From an uncultured Porphyromonadaceae bacterium (GTDB lineage Bacteria; Bacteroidota; Bacteroidia; Bacteroidales; Muribaculaceae): DNA of 64,000 nt. The translations under genes were made by a program, and so were the position numbers. A model generated the notes under the pieces. It searched no databases. It saw only the letters and a program-made list of their open reading frames with translations, and was not told the DNA's origin. The stretch is taken from assembly GCA_946410185.1 (NCBI GenBank), contig CAMJZI010000002.1, positions 3,921 to 67,920 of the forward strand, read 5' to 3'. This document shows, in pieces, positions 20,798 to 30,496 of this stretch (position 1 is its first letter; each line of letters begins with the position of its first letter).

Positions 20798-23170
20798 TTA
20801 ATCGTTAGCGAGTAGCTGATCGATAAGCTTCGACACATCTGCGATAGTGATGGCGTTGTCGCCGTTCATGTCGGCATTGGCGGCGATGAAGCTCTCGGTT
20901 TCGGTTCCTAGCAGATGATCAATCAGGACCGAAACGTCCTTGATGCTGACTTTGCCGTCGCCATCCACATCGCCGATGACTGCCTGAGGTGCCTCGGGGA
21001 AGACGATGGTATAGGACGAGGTGCCCTTGAGCCGCACTTCGGTACCTTCGCTATAGTAATAGGACCACACAAAGTACTTCCAGCCGTCACTCACGTTGTC
21101 CAGGTCAAACTCCAGCGTGGTTGACTGGCCAGGAGCCAGTTCGAGATATTGGTACGCGGCCTGCACATTAGCGCCCGAGGTGGATTGAGTGTTCTTGTAC
21201 AGCTTGACGGCGAAATCCTCCCTGTAGTAGGTCGAGCCATTGTTGGTAACCTTCACATTCAAGCTGAACTTGTCGCTGTTGATGATATTGCCAGTGGCAT
21301 TGAGCACGGTGATTGTGGCGCTCAAGTTGGCGGCAGGCATGGCATTGATGGTGATGTTGCGGGTGGCGATGGGATTGGTGCCATCATCGTTCCATGACCA
21401 GGTGAGGGTGTGGGTACCAGCCGCTGCGGGCACGTACCTGAAGAGGATGTCACCGGTCTCGCCGGACACAAGGCCCACATAGCCTGCAGCGACGAATGTG
21501 CCGTCGGCAAACATGTAGAGGTGACTACCGTTGGAGTCACCGTTGTTGGTCATGTTCACATTGATGTCAACAGGACGGCCGTTGTGCATGTTGCCAGCGT
21601 AGGTGATGTTGTTGATGGTGAAGTCGGGGGTAGCGGCCGTGCCATGTCCGCGGTAATAGCAGGTGTTACCGTTGATGGTCACCTCAATGTAGTTTTTGTC
21701 AGCACCTATGCAGGGACGCCAGTTATTGGCGCTGTACTCGCTGTAAATGGGCACGATGCGGTAGGTTCCGCTGGTCAGGTTCTTGCCGAAGCTCAGTGCC
21801 TTGGCATTGGTAGACAGGTAGAAACCTGGCCTGAGCGAACTGTAATAAGATTCATAGAGCACGCTCTTTAACGTTCCGCCCTGATACAGACCCCAACCAT
21901 AGCTCACAGCCATTACTTGCGATGTGTAGTTGTAGAAGCGCCCCGAAACGGTAGCAGTGAACCCGTAGTTGCTGCCAGAGCGGCTGGTGGTGTAGCTGTC
22001 AAGGGTCACGTCGGACGAGGTGAGCTCAAACGTGCTGCTACCGTCGGTGCCGGGCTCAATGCCCACGATAGCGGCTTGAGCGAGAATGTATCCATAGGTG
22101 CCGCTGGCACTGCCAGTGCCCTGCGCATCGGGGTTGAGCACATTGAGCAGGAAGTATCCGTTGCTCTGGCCGTTCCAGCCCCAGTTGATGTGGAACATGC
22201 CGTTGCCGTCATAGCCGTCGCAAACAAAGGCGTGTCCTCCGGTCTTCTTGCTGCCGCTATAAATGATCGGACGTCCTGCTGCCAGCTCGCTATAGAGGGC
22301 GTCGGCCCACTCCTGGCTGGTGTAGTTGCCGCGGCCGATGCTGTGGGCAGTTGGCTTGTAACCGAAGTAGGAGGAAACCATCATTGGAATGCGCGTCGAT
22401 GTGGCACCCGAACCATTGATGTTGAAGTTCATCTCGACCGACTGGGCGCAATAGAGCGTCAACTTGGCAGCTTCGAGGGCTGCGGCGCTCGTCGTGTCGT
22501 CGGTCTGGTAGTTGTCGTGCATCGAGTCCCAGTCAAAGGTTGTGATGGGCAACTGCGGCATGTAGATTGACAATGATGAGGTGGTATAGGCGGGAATGGC
22601 ATTGGTGGTGCTGGCGGGCCACTTGTGGTAGTACATCACCTGGGCCAACGCTGTAGCAACGCAACCGGCATAGGCGTGCTTGCCCGATGACAGGACGGGC
22701 AGCAGAATGTTGTAGGGGTTGTTCTGAGACCAGTTGGAGGTGACGAGCGGCTTGATGGCGGCCGCAGCCCTCAGTTGCGGTGCGGGCTTGGCTCCGTGGT
22801 CCAGAGCGGCAATTTGCTCGGAGTATTCCTCGAGCAGGGCTTGCATGGCCTCGGGCAAGTTCCGGTTGTCAAATGAGCCCTTGTCGCTGTAGCCCAGCAC
22901 GGCAGGAGCGCGGTCGTCACCGGCCACGATGACATAGCCTTCGCGGGAGGCATTGTTAAACACATAGTAGGCGGCCTTGTCCGAGCTTGTTGCGGTTCCA
23001 GGCTGCGGTGCCTTGCGGGCCAACTGCAGTCCGGTGGACTGCATCTTGTGGCTCGACATGAATCTGGAGGCAATGCTGCGGGCCTGGCTCTCGTTGATTG
23101 ACTCGCCCCATGCGGTGCTGCTCACTACCGCCAGGCACAATACGATAATAAGGTTGAAGAATTTATTCAT
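20798..23170 (-). CDS. C10 cysteine protease with prodomain and C-terminal dockerin type I domain (tandem paralog)
   Basis: AGCVATALAQ, GHAFVCDGY, HINWGW; C-terminal GDVDGDGKVSIKD...ADMNGDNAITIAD. Start at MNKFF (23170); promoter TACCTTTG on minus at 23214-23221. Confidence 0.92.
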   Translation of the reverse strand: MNKFFNLIIVLCLAVVSSTAWGESINESQARSIASRFMSSHKMQSTGLQLARKAPQPGTATSSDKAAYYVFNNASREGYVIVAGDDRAPAVLGYSDKGSFDNRNLPEAMQALLEEYSEQIAALDHGAKPAPQLRAAAAIKPLVTSNWSQNNPYNILLPVLSSGKHAYAGCVATALAQVMYYHKWPASTTNAIPAYTTSSLSIYMPQLPITTFDWDSMHDNYQTDDTTSAAALEAAKLTLYCAQSVEMNFNINGSGATSTRIPMMVSSYFGYKPTAHSIGRGNYTSQEWADALYSELAAGRPIIYSGSKKTGGHAFVCDGYDGNGMFHINWGWNGQSNGYFLLNVLNPDAQGTGSASGTYGYILAQAAIVGIEPGTDGSSTFELTSSDVTLDSYTTSRSGSNYGFTATVSGRFYNYTSQVMAVSYGWGLYQGGTLKSVLYESYYSSLRPGFYLSTNAKALSFGKNLTSGTYRIVPIYSEYSANNWRPCIGADKNYIEVTINGNTCYYRGHGTAATPDFTINNITYAGNMHNGRPVDINVNMTNNGDSNGSHLYMFADGTFVAAGYVGLVSGETGDILFRYVPAAAGTHTLTWSWNDDGTNPIATRNITINAMPAANLSATITVLNATGNIINSDKFSLNVKVTNNGSTYYREDFAVKLYKNTQSTSGANVQAAYQYLELAPGQSTTLEFDLDNVSDGWKYFVWSYYYSEGTEVRLKGTSSYTIVFPEAPQAVIGDVDGDGKVSIKDVSVLIDHLLGTETESFIAANADMNGDNAITIADVSKLIDQLLAND
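22122..22250. repeat. 129-bp exact direct repeat, copy 2
   Basis: Identical to 19685-19813. Confidence 0.92.
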
Positions 23171-23338
23171 CAGATAATAATTGGATGATGGGTTGGTATT
23201 TGTTTTCTTTCGGCAAAGGTAGTGAAAGCAGAGCACAGTTCAAAATGAAATGTTGTTTTTTTATTCCGAACTGTGCTCATGGGCAATCATATACCTTGCT
23301 TTTCCCCTTCCCGATCCAGCCTCTCGTCTTGGCCAGTC

Positions 23339-23749
23339 TCACGGCCGGGACAGCAGGAGCAGCGTGCGGGCGCGGTGCAGTCGCCAGGCGGTGCCATAGA
23401 TGCTGTCCTCGTCACCATAGAGCGACATGAGTGTGTAGTTGGCCAGGGCGGCGATGATGGCCGCTTTGAGGTCGCTGGCCAGCGACAGCGGCGGGCGGCG
23501 CTCCACGGCCAGCGTGAGCAGGATGTTCTGGCTCTCGATGTTGAAGTTGATGTTCTTGCCGACAATGTAGCCGCTGATGCGTGACAGCAGGTCATCAAGT
23601 CCTTCGCGCACTCGGCGGTCCACAATGGGCTCATTGCTATGGCTCACTCCCCATGCGGTGGCGTTGTCGGCGGGGTGCCAGGTCCCCTCGGTGTAAATGG
23701 CTTGCTGGATTTCGTCCAGGTCAATGGCGATTTCGATTCTGTAATTCAT
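23339..23749 (-). CDS. Hypothetical protein, possibly related to Bacteroidales phage virion-module proteins
   Basis: 136-aa ORF with an AT-rich upstream region, co-oriented with 23804-24280. The phage similarity is recalled pattern only, not a search result. Confidence 0.6.
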   Translation of the reverse strand: MNYRIEIAIDLDEIQQAIYTEGTWHPADNATAWGVSHSNEPIVDRRVREGLDDLLSRISGYIVGKNINFNIESQNILLTLAVERRPPLSLASDLKAAIIAALANYTLMSLYGDEDSIYGTAWRLHRARTLLLLSRP

Positions 23750-23803
23750 GGTATGATAAGTTTAGAGTTTAAAGTTTAAAGTGATATCGAGGCTGTTCTC
23801 CTG

Positions 23804-24280
23804 CTATCTGATGGCGCGGACTCGTGTGGCTGTGCAGATTTTGGTCAGGGCGGTGGCTGGCGAGATAAAGAAGCGCGAGGCGCGGCAGTAGGTCAATACA
23901 TGCTCGATGGCGCTGTCCATACTCATGCCCTTGCCCATCAATGCCCTGACACACTGAGCGATCTCGTACCACATCTGCTGCCGCAGGCGCCGTTTGGGCA
24001 GATCCATGGCGGTAGCCTTGCGATAAGTGCGCGCTCCGTTGCCTCTCTTGTCGCAGGCGTTGAGCAGGTGACAAATGCATCGGTATGCTCGCTCGTGGCT
24101 CACGTGGTAGTGCGGGTGTCCGTTGATGAGTGTGAACTCGACGGCGGCGCGGCGAGCCTGGTTCATGTCCATTCCTTGCTCCAGCATTGCGTCCAGAGTG
24201 GGGTGATACAGAGCCAGGAATTCCTTGTCGCGTTGCTGGCACAGTTCACGATGTTGAATTTGTGATTTCATGTCTTTCAT
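23804..24280 (-). CDS. Hypothetical basic helical protein with internal duplication, phage-like
   Basis: 158 aa; two similar units (AVEFTLINGHPHYHVSHERA / AIEHVLTYCRASRFFISPATA). Promoter TAATTTTG on minus at 24324-24331. Confidence 0.65.
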   Translation of the reverse strand: MKDMKSQIQHRELCQQRDKEFLALYHPTLDAMLEQGMDMNQARRAAVEFTLINGHPHYHVSHERAYRCICHLLNACDKRGNGARTYRKATAMDLPKRRLRQQMWYEIAQCVRALMGKGMSMDSAIEHVLTYCRASRFFISPATALTKICTATRVRAIR

Positions 24281-24577
24281 GGAAAAAATGGGATAAAATG
24301 GTAAAACAATAATTTTGACATTGCAAAATTACAATATCGTTGGTGAAATGTCAATACTTTTTCCCAAAAAAATATCAACCTGAATAAAAGTTTTTTCTCT
24401 TTATCGTGTTTTTGTTTAATGGGGAAATGATGTGCAATCTATTGATTTCCTTTTATTAGTCATTGCTTTTTGGAGGCCAATAGGCCCTTATTGTGTCCCT
24501 TCCTTCTTTTTGGGGTTGTGCTTCAACTTTAATTGTCTTTTTACCTTTTTTGGGTTGCAAGCAACCCTGCGTTATAT

Positions 24578-25471
24578 TTAGGAATGCCGGAATTGTGTGG
24601 GGTTGATGCCTGTCATTCGTTTAAAGAATTTGGTCATGAAGGCAGGATTGGGAAAATTCAGGTCATCGGCTATGCTGGCTACCGATTTGTCGCTGTGCTT
24701 GAGGTCAATCTTGATGCGGGTGACCAAGGCATCGTCGATCCATTGCTTGGCACTCTTGCCGCTCACGCGGCTGATGATAGTGCTCAGGTAGCGTGGCGTG
24801 AGACACAACCGCGAGGCGTAGAAGTCGATGGTGTGGTGAGCTGGGGCGTACTGGCTGACAAGTTGAACAAAGTCGGTGAACAATTGCTGCTCGCGGGACT
24901 GCCCTTCACGGCCACTCTGCTCGTGCTGGCTCCACAAGTGATTGACATACCACAGCAGGGCACTCACCAGGTGCAATGTCACTTGACCGCTGCTAGCCTG
25001 TTCAATTGAGTAGTGGGTGAGCATTTCGTGCATCGTGTCATAGAATTTTATCTCGTCGTTTTGCAAGTGCAATTGAAAGTCTCGCAAGTGACCGTCCAGT
25101 GCTCTGGGGATGCGGTTGCCTATGGCGAGTTGCAACAGTTCGTCGGTCATCGAGATGCCAATGGCCTGCACATCGGCCGATGCATCTTGGTATTGGATGA
25201 TGCCGTTGGGTGCCAGGTAGATAAGGTCGCCAGCAGAAAAGTAGTGTTCTATCATGTTGAGACTCATTTTGGCCCATCCATGCTTGATGAGCAGAATGCG
25301 CATCTCGGGCAGCAGGGTCGGTGTCGCAGTAAACTGGTCCTTGACAAGTGACAACCTCACGTTGCGGGCAACAACCAGATTCTGGGAGATGTAGTTGCCC
25401 ACAAGGTGCTCGTCGTTGCGCTCGATGAGTTCTTTGAGTTGGGTGAGTGTGAGTTGATGCAATGCGGCCAT
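24578..25471 (-). CDS. AraC-family transcriptional regulator
   Basis: C-terminal FYASRLCLTPRYLS...IADDLNFPNPAFMTKFFKRMTGINPTQFR double HTH. Start moved to MAALHQ (25471); divergent from the efflux operon. Confidence 0.92.
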   Translation of the reverse strand: MAALHQLTLTQLKELIERNDEHLVGNYISQNLVVARNVRLSLVKDQFTATPTLLPEMRILLIKHGWAKMSLNMIEHYFSAGDLIYLAPNGIIQYQDASADVQAIGISMTDELLQLAIGNRIPRALDGHLRDFQLHLQNDEIKFYDTMHEMLTHYSIEQASSGQVTLHLVSALLWYVNHLWSQHEQSGREGQSREQQLFTDFVQLVSQYAPAHHTIDFYASRLCLTPRYLSTIISRVSGKSAKQWIDDALVTRIKIDLKHSDKSVASIADDLNFPNPAFMTKFFKRMTGINPTQFRHS

Positions 25472-25601
25472 ATCGCTAATTTGTGTTTTTTGGATGTAAA
25501 GGTAAGACAAAAACCTCAATAAAGCGAAAATAATAGGACTTATTGTACAAAAAGGATGTTTTTCTCTTGTTTTAGATAGTGATATGGATGGTTTTGTGCT
25601 A

Positions 25602-25609
25602 TAATTTTG
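25602..25609 (+). promoter_or_regulatory. Sigma-A -7 element of efflux operon 1
   Basis: TAATTTTG followed by CA, about 25 nt upstream of the TolC ATG. Confidence 0.65.
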
Positions 25610-25634
25610 CAGCATCAATCTAAACCAAACGATT

Positions 25635-26906
25635 ATGAACCGCTTCTTTCTAATAATAATGTGCATGTGCCTTGGAATGACGACCGCCATGGCCCAGACC
25701 CTGCAGGAGTGCCAGCAAGCCGCCGAGCGCAACTACCCGCTCATTGCCCAGCACGACCTCATCGCCCGCACTACCCAACTCACGGTATCCAATATCCAAA
25801 AGGGGTGGCTGCCCCAGGTGTCGGCGACGGCTCAGGCCACGTTACAGAGCGCCGTGACGTCTTGGCCCGACGAGATGCAGGCGATGATGAACCAGATGGG
25901 CGTTGACATGAAGGGCTTGGCCAAAGACCAGTACCGTGTGGGCCTGGATGTGCAGCAAACGGTGTATGACGGCGGTGTTATCAGCGCACAGCGCGAGGTA
26001 GCACGACAGCAGGGTGCTGTGCAACAGGCTCAGCTCGACGTGGATCTGTATGCAGTGCGCAAACGCGTCAACGAGATGTACTTTGCCTTGCTGTTGCTGC
26101 AAGACCAACTCACACTCAACCGTGACCTGCAAGAGCAGCTCGCGGCCAGCGAGAAGAAGCTCACCTCGATGGTCAAGCACGGCACCGCTGCCCAGTGCGA
26201 CTTGAACAATGTCACCGCCGAGCGCCTGAACGTGATCCAGCAGCAGACCACACTGGAATCTCAACGCCGTGTCATGCTGGCGATGCTATCGACCTTCTGC
26301 GGTCTGGACGTGACGGCACCCGTCAAGCCTGGTGTGCCCGTGATAGGCCAGGGCAACAACCGCCCCGAGTTGCGCCTCATCGATAGCCAGCTTCGTCTGG
26401 CCGATGCCCAGGACAGGGCCCTCAATGCGGCCTTGATGCCCAGGCTGGGCGTGTTTGCACAGGGCTATTATGGCTACCCTGGTTATAACATGTTCAAGGA
26501 CATGATGGGCCGCGAGTGGACCTGGAACGGCATGGTGGGTGCCCGCCTGACGTGGAACATCGGCGCCCTGTACACTCGCCATAACGACAAGGCTAAGGTG
26601 CAGTTGCAGCGCGAGACGGCCCAGGCCCGCCGCGAGACGTTCTTGCTCAACAACCGCTTGGAGCAACTGCAGCAGGACGAAGCCGTGGGACGCTACCGCA
26701 GCCTGATGTCTCAAGACGACGAAATCATCGCCCTGCGTGAACAGGTGCGCAAGGCCGCCGAGAGCAAACTCTCGCATGGCATCATCGACGTGAACGACCT
26801 GGTGCGCGACATCAATAGCGAGAATGCCGCACGTGTGCAGCGCTCCATACACGAGGTCGAGATGCTCAAGGGCTTGTATGACTTGAAATATACCACCAAC
26901 GACTAA
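25635..26906 (+). CDS. TolC-family outer-membrane efflux protein
   Basis: Signal peptide, AQTLQECQQAAERNYP, QTVYDGG, coiled-coil segments. Confidence 0.9.
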   Translation: MNRFFLIIMCMCLGMTTAMAQTLQECQQAAERNYPLIAQHDLIARTTQLTVSNIQKGWLPQVSATAQATLQSAVTSWPDEMQAMMNQMGVDMKGLAKDQYRVGLDVQQTVYDGGVISAQREVARQQGAVQQAQLDVDLYAVRKRVNEMYFALLLLQDQLTLNRDLQEQLAASEKKLTSMVKHGTAAQCDLNNVTAERLNVIQQQTTLESQRRVMLAMLSTFCGLDVTAPVKPGVPVIGQGNNRPELRLIDSQLRLADAQDRALNAALMPRLGVFAQGYYGYPGYNMFKDMMGREWTWNGMVGARLTWNIGALYTRHNDKAKVQLQRETAQARRETFLLNNRLEQLQQDEAVGRYRSLMSQDDEIIALREQVRKAAESKLSHGIIDVNDLVRDINSENAARVQRSIHEVEMLKGLYDLKYTTND

Positions 26907-26924
26907 TCATCAATCCACAAGACA

Positions 26925-27902
26925 ATGAAAAAAATATTGATCATGGCAAGCGTGGCACTCATGGTGATGACCGCTTGCGGCAAAAAAGACAAAGCGTTTG
27001 ATGCCACGGGCACATTCGAGGCTACCGAGGTTACTGTCAGTGCCAAGGCTACCGGCGAACTGAAGTCGCTGGATGTTTCCGAGGGGCAGAATGTCGACGA
27101 GGGCCAACTGGTTGGACACATCGACACCTATCAGTTGGTGCTCAAAAAGCAGCAACTCGAAACCAACCGCAGCCAGTTGGCTGCCAGCAAGCGCCAGCTG
27201 TCGTCCAACCGCTCGGCCACCAGTAGCCAGCAATTGGATCTGAACAAGCAGCTCTCGTCCATCCAGCAGCAGATTGCCAACTCTCAGCGCGAACGCCAGC
27301 GCTATAGCGAGCTGGTCAAGGACGGTGCCGTGCCGCGCAAGCAGCTCGACGACATCGACAACCAGATCAAAGTGCTCAACCGGCAGCTCGAGGCAACGCG
27401 AGACCAGTTGCGTAGCAGCAATGCAGCACTGGCCGAACAGGGCAAGGGCATCAGTGCCCAGATGGACGGTATCGACGCACAGGTGGCGGGCATCGACGCC
27501 CAACAACGACAGTTGGACGATCAGATTGCCAATGCCGACATTATCGCCCCCATCAAGGGAACTGTGCTCGAAAAATATGTCGAGCAGGGCGAATTTGTGA
27601 CCACGGGCAAGCCGTTATTCAAACTGGCTGATGTGGACCAGATGTTCATCCGTGCCTATGTCACCTCAGCACAGCTGCAGGCTATCAAGGTGGGTCAGGC
27701 CTGTAAGGTGTATGCCGACTACGGCAATAATCAAAAGAAGGAATATCCTGGTACTGTGACCTGGATATCAAGTCGCTCGGAGTTCACCCCCAAGACCATC
27801 CTTACCGACGACGAGCGCGCTGACCTGGTCTATGCCGTCAAGATCGCCATCCACAACGATGGCTACGTCAAGATAGGTATGTACGGGCAAGTGAAGTTCT
27901 AA
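26925..27902 (+). CDS. HlyD/YbhG-like membrane fusion protein (lipoprotein)
   Basis: Lipobox MTAC; ATGTFEATEV, IIAPIKGTV, EFTPKTI...LVYAVKI motifs. Confidence 0.9.
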   Translation: MKKILIMASVALMVMTACGKKDKAFDATGTFEATEVTVSAKATGELKSLDVSEGQNVDEGQLVGHIDTYQLVLKKQQLETNRSQLAASKRQLSSNRSATSSQQLDLNKQLSSIQQQIANSQRERQRYSELVKDGAVPRKQLDDIDNQIKVLNRQLEATRDQLRSSNAALAEQGKGISAQMDGIDAQVAGIDAQQRQLDDQIANADIIAPIKGTVLEKYVEQGEFVTTGKPLFKLADVDQMFIRAYVTSAQLQAIKVGQACKVYADYGNNQKKEYPGTVTWISSRSEFTPKTILTDDERADLVYAVKIAIHNDGYVKIGMYGQVKF

Positions 27903-27926
27903 TCAGTTTAGAGTGTAGCGGGAACA

Positions 27927-29387
27927 ATGAAGGCGATAGAAGTTCATAACGTGTCAAAGTCTTACGGTAAGGTCAAGGCTCTCGATGATGTGTCGTTTAC
28001 CGTGGAAAAGGGTGAGGTCTTTGGCCTTATCGGACCCGATGGCGCAGGCAAGACTTCGATGTTCCGCATCTTGTGCACCCTGTTGCTCCCCGATGCTGGC
28101 ACGGCGACGGTCGATGGCTATGACGTGGTCAAGCAGTTGGCCGACATTCGCCGCAGGGTGGGGTACATGCCGGGCAAGTTCTCACTCTACGAGGACTTGA
28201 CTGTCGAGGAAAACCTCAAGTTTTTTGCCACATTGTTTGGCACGACGGTCGAGCAGGGCTACGATAGCATTGCTGCCATCTACAGCCAGATTGAGCGTTT
28301 CAAGGACCGCAGGGCGGGTGCCTTGTCGGGCGGCATGAAGCAGAAGCTGGCGCTATCGTGCGCCCTGGTGCACCAACCCAGCGTCTTGTTGCTTGACGAG
28401 CCCACAACTGGTGTGGATCCCGTGTCCCGCAAGGAGTTGTGGGATATGTTGGGGACGCTCAAGGAGCGGGGCATCACCATTGTGGCTTCGACACCCTATC
28501 TCGATGAGGTGCGACGGTGCGAGCGCGTAGCCTTTCTGGACCAGGGCCGTGTGCGTGGCATTGGCACCGCCGAGGAAATCTTGACTCGCTATGCCGACAT
28601 CTTCAATCCCCCGGGTATCAACCATGTTGACACTGCCGAGGTCAGGGACGAGATTGTCATCGAGGTGGAACATCTGGTCAAGGCTTTCGGCTCGTTCCAT
28701 GCTGTGGACGACATCAGTTTCACTGTCAAGCGCGGCGAGATTTTCGGCTTTCTGGGTGCCAACGGTGCCGGCAAGACCACGGCGATGCACATGCTCACCG
28801 GCCTCAACCAGCCCACAAGTGGCATTGGACGTGTGGCGGGCTACGACATCCGTACCGATCACGAGCAAATCAAGAAACACATCGGCTACATGAGTCAGCG
28901 CTTCTCGCTCTATGAGGACTTGACTGTTGAAGAGAACATCCGCCTCTTTGGCGGCATTTACGGCATGAGCGATGCCGACATTGCACGCAAGACCGACGAC
29001 TTGCTCGACCGGCTGCGCTTCAGCGACCATCGCCGTGACCTGGTGGGTTCGCTGCCGCTGGGCTGGAAACAAAAGCTGGCTTTCTCGGTCAGCATCTTCC
29101 ATGAGCCGGGCATCGTCTTTCTGGATGAGCCCACGGGAGGTGTCGATCCAGCCACAAGACGCCAGTTCTGGGAACTGATTTATGAGGCGGCTGGCAGGGG
29201 AATCACAGTGTTTGTCACGACCCACTACATGGACGAGGCTGAGTACTGTGACCGCATCTCAATCATGGTCGATGGCATAATCAAGGCGATGGGCACTCCC
29301 GCCCAGTTGAAACAGAAGTATAACCTGCCCGATATGGACCATGTGTTCACTTATCTGGCTCGCCAAGCCACGCGCAGCAGCGATTAA
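27927..29387 (+). CDS. ABC transporter ATP-binding protein with two ABC domains (YbhF-like)
   Basis: Walker A GPDGAGKT and GANGAGKT; signatures LSGGM and LPLGW; two LDEPT Walker B motifs. Confidence 0.95.
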   Translation: MKAIEVHNVSKSYGKVKALDDVSFTVEKGEVFGLIGPDGAGKTSMFRILCTLLLPDAGTATVDGYDVVKQLADIRRRVGYMPGKFSLYEDLTVEENLKFFATLFGTTVEQGYDSIAAIYSQIERFKDRRAGALSGGMKQKLALSCALVHQPSVLLLDEPTTGVDPVSRKELWDMLGTLKERGITIVASTPYLDEVRRCERVAFLDQGRVRGIGTAEEILTRYADIFNPPGINHVDTAEVRDEIVIEVEHLVKAFGSFHAVDDISFTVKRGEIFGFLGANGAGKTTAMHMLTGLNQPTSGIGRVAGYDIRTDHEQIKKHIGYMSQRFSLYEDLTVEENIRLFGGIYGMSDADIARKTDDLLDRLRFSDHRRDLVGSLPLGWKQKLAFSVSIFHEPGIVFLDEPTGGVDPATRRQFWELIYEAAGRGITVFVTTHYMDEAEYCDRISIMVDGIIKAMGTPAQLKQKYNLPDMDHVFTYLARQATRSSD

Positions 29388-29400
29388 ACGAGTCATGCTC

Positions 29401-30459
29401 ATGAAACAGTTCATTTCATTTGTCATCAAGGAGACGAAGCACATCCTGCGCGACAAGCGCACGATGCTCATCCTATTTGGCATGCCGCTGGCGCTGATGC
29501 TCCTGTTCGGCTTTGCCATCACTACCGACGTGCGCAACGTGCGCGTCATTGTCGTCACCAGTTCGATGGACCACCTGGCGCAGCAGGCTGTTGACCGCCT
29601 GGCGGCTTCGGAATACTTCACGATTACCCAGGCCGTCGCCACGCCTCGGCAGGCCGAGCGCATTATCCGCAGCCAGCAGGCCGACATGGCCATTGTCTTC
29701 GGCCCTGACTTTGCCTCAAAACGTTCTGGTGTGCAGTTTATCGTCGATGGTGCCGACCCCAACATGGCACAACAGTGGACCAACTATGCCACAGGAGTCA
29801 TGACCAACATGGATGCCAGCCTGACCAATACCAAGCTGCTCTATAACCCGCAGATGAAGTCGGCCTACAATTTCGTGCCCGCCATCATGGGTATGCTGCT
29901 CATGCTGGTGTGTGCCATGATGACGTCGATTTCGATTGTGCGTGAGAAGGAGAAAGGCACGATGGAGGTGCTGCTCGTCTCCCCTGTCAGACCATTGATG
30001 ATTATTGTCGCCAAGGTGATACCCTATATGGTGCTGGCCTTTGCCATTCTCCTCATCATCCTGCTCATGGCTCGCTATGTGCTGGGTGTGCCTCTAGTGG
30101 GCTCACTGGCGTGGATTCTCGTTATCTCCACTATCTACATCCTGCTGGCGCTCTCGCTGGGCCTGCTCATCTCCAATGTGGCCAAGACGCAGTTGGTGGC
30201 GCTGCTGCTCTCGGCCATGGTGCTACTCATGCCCATCGTAATGCTCAGCGGCATGCTGTTTCCTATCGAGTCGATGCCTGTTGTCCTGCAGTGGGTGTCG
30301 GTTGTGATACCGCCACGCTACTATATCGAGGCGATGCGTAAGTTGATGATTATGGGCGTGGGCGTTGAGCAAGTGCTGCGCGAAATGGGCATCTTGTTGC
30401 TCATGCTCGTGGTGCTGATGACACTTGCCCTGGCCAAGTTCAACAAGCGCCTCGAGTAA
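29401..30459 (+). CDS. ABC-2 type permease (YbhS-like)
   Basis: HILRDKRT, LYNP, SIVREKEKGTMEVLLVSP, LSGMLFPIESMP. Confidence 0.92.
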   Translation: MKQFISFVIKETKHILRDKRTMLILFGMPLALMLLFGFAITTDVRNVRVIVVTSSMDHLAQQAVDRLAASEYFTITQAVATPRQAERIIRSQQADMAIVFGPDFASKRSGVQFIVDGADPNMAQQWTNYATGVMTNMDASLTNTKLLYNPQMKSAYNFVPAIMGMLLMLVCAMMTSISIVREKEKGTMEVLLVSPVRPLMIIVAKVIPYMVLAFAILLIILLMARYVLGVPLVGSLAWILVISTIYILLALSLGLLISNVAKTQLVALLLSAMVLLMPIVMLSGMLFPIESMPVVLQWVSVVIPPRYYIEAMRKLMIMGVGVEQVLREMGILLLMLVVLMTLALAKFNKRLE

Positions 30460-30496
30460 CCACGACAAATGACTAAGAATTAAAAATAACAACAAA

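Noticed and set aside
19685-22250. 129-bp repeat as a DGR template/variable repeat pair
   Set aside because: The copies are identical with no adenine-specific mismatches, both lie in catalytic cores, and there is no reverse transcriptase in the window.
23759-23783. Heptamer repeats (agtttag agtttaa agtttaa) in the spacer
   Set aside because: Low-complexity spacer with only three units and no evidence of function.
23769-24265. Alternative overlapping ORFs 23769-24242 (-) and 23900-24265 (+)
   Set aside because: R/P/H-rich or shadow translations; 23804-24280 has the promoter, the AT-rich start context and a protein-like internal repeat.
25554-25595. ggatgtttt / ggatggtttt direct repeats as AraC sites
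   Set aside because: Short, imperfect and in AT-rich DNA; not distinguishable from chance by eye.
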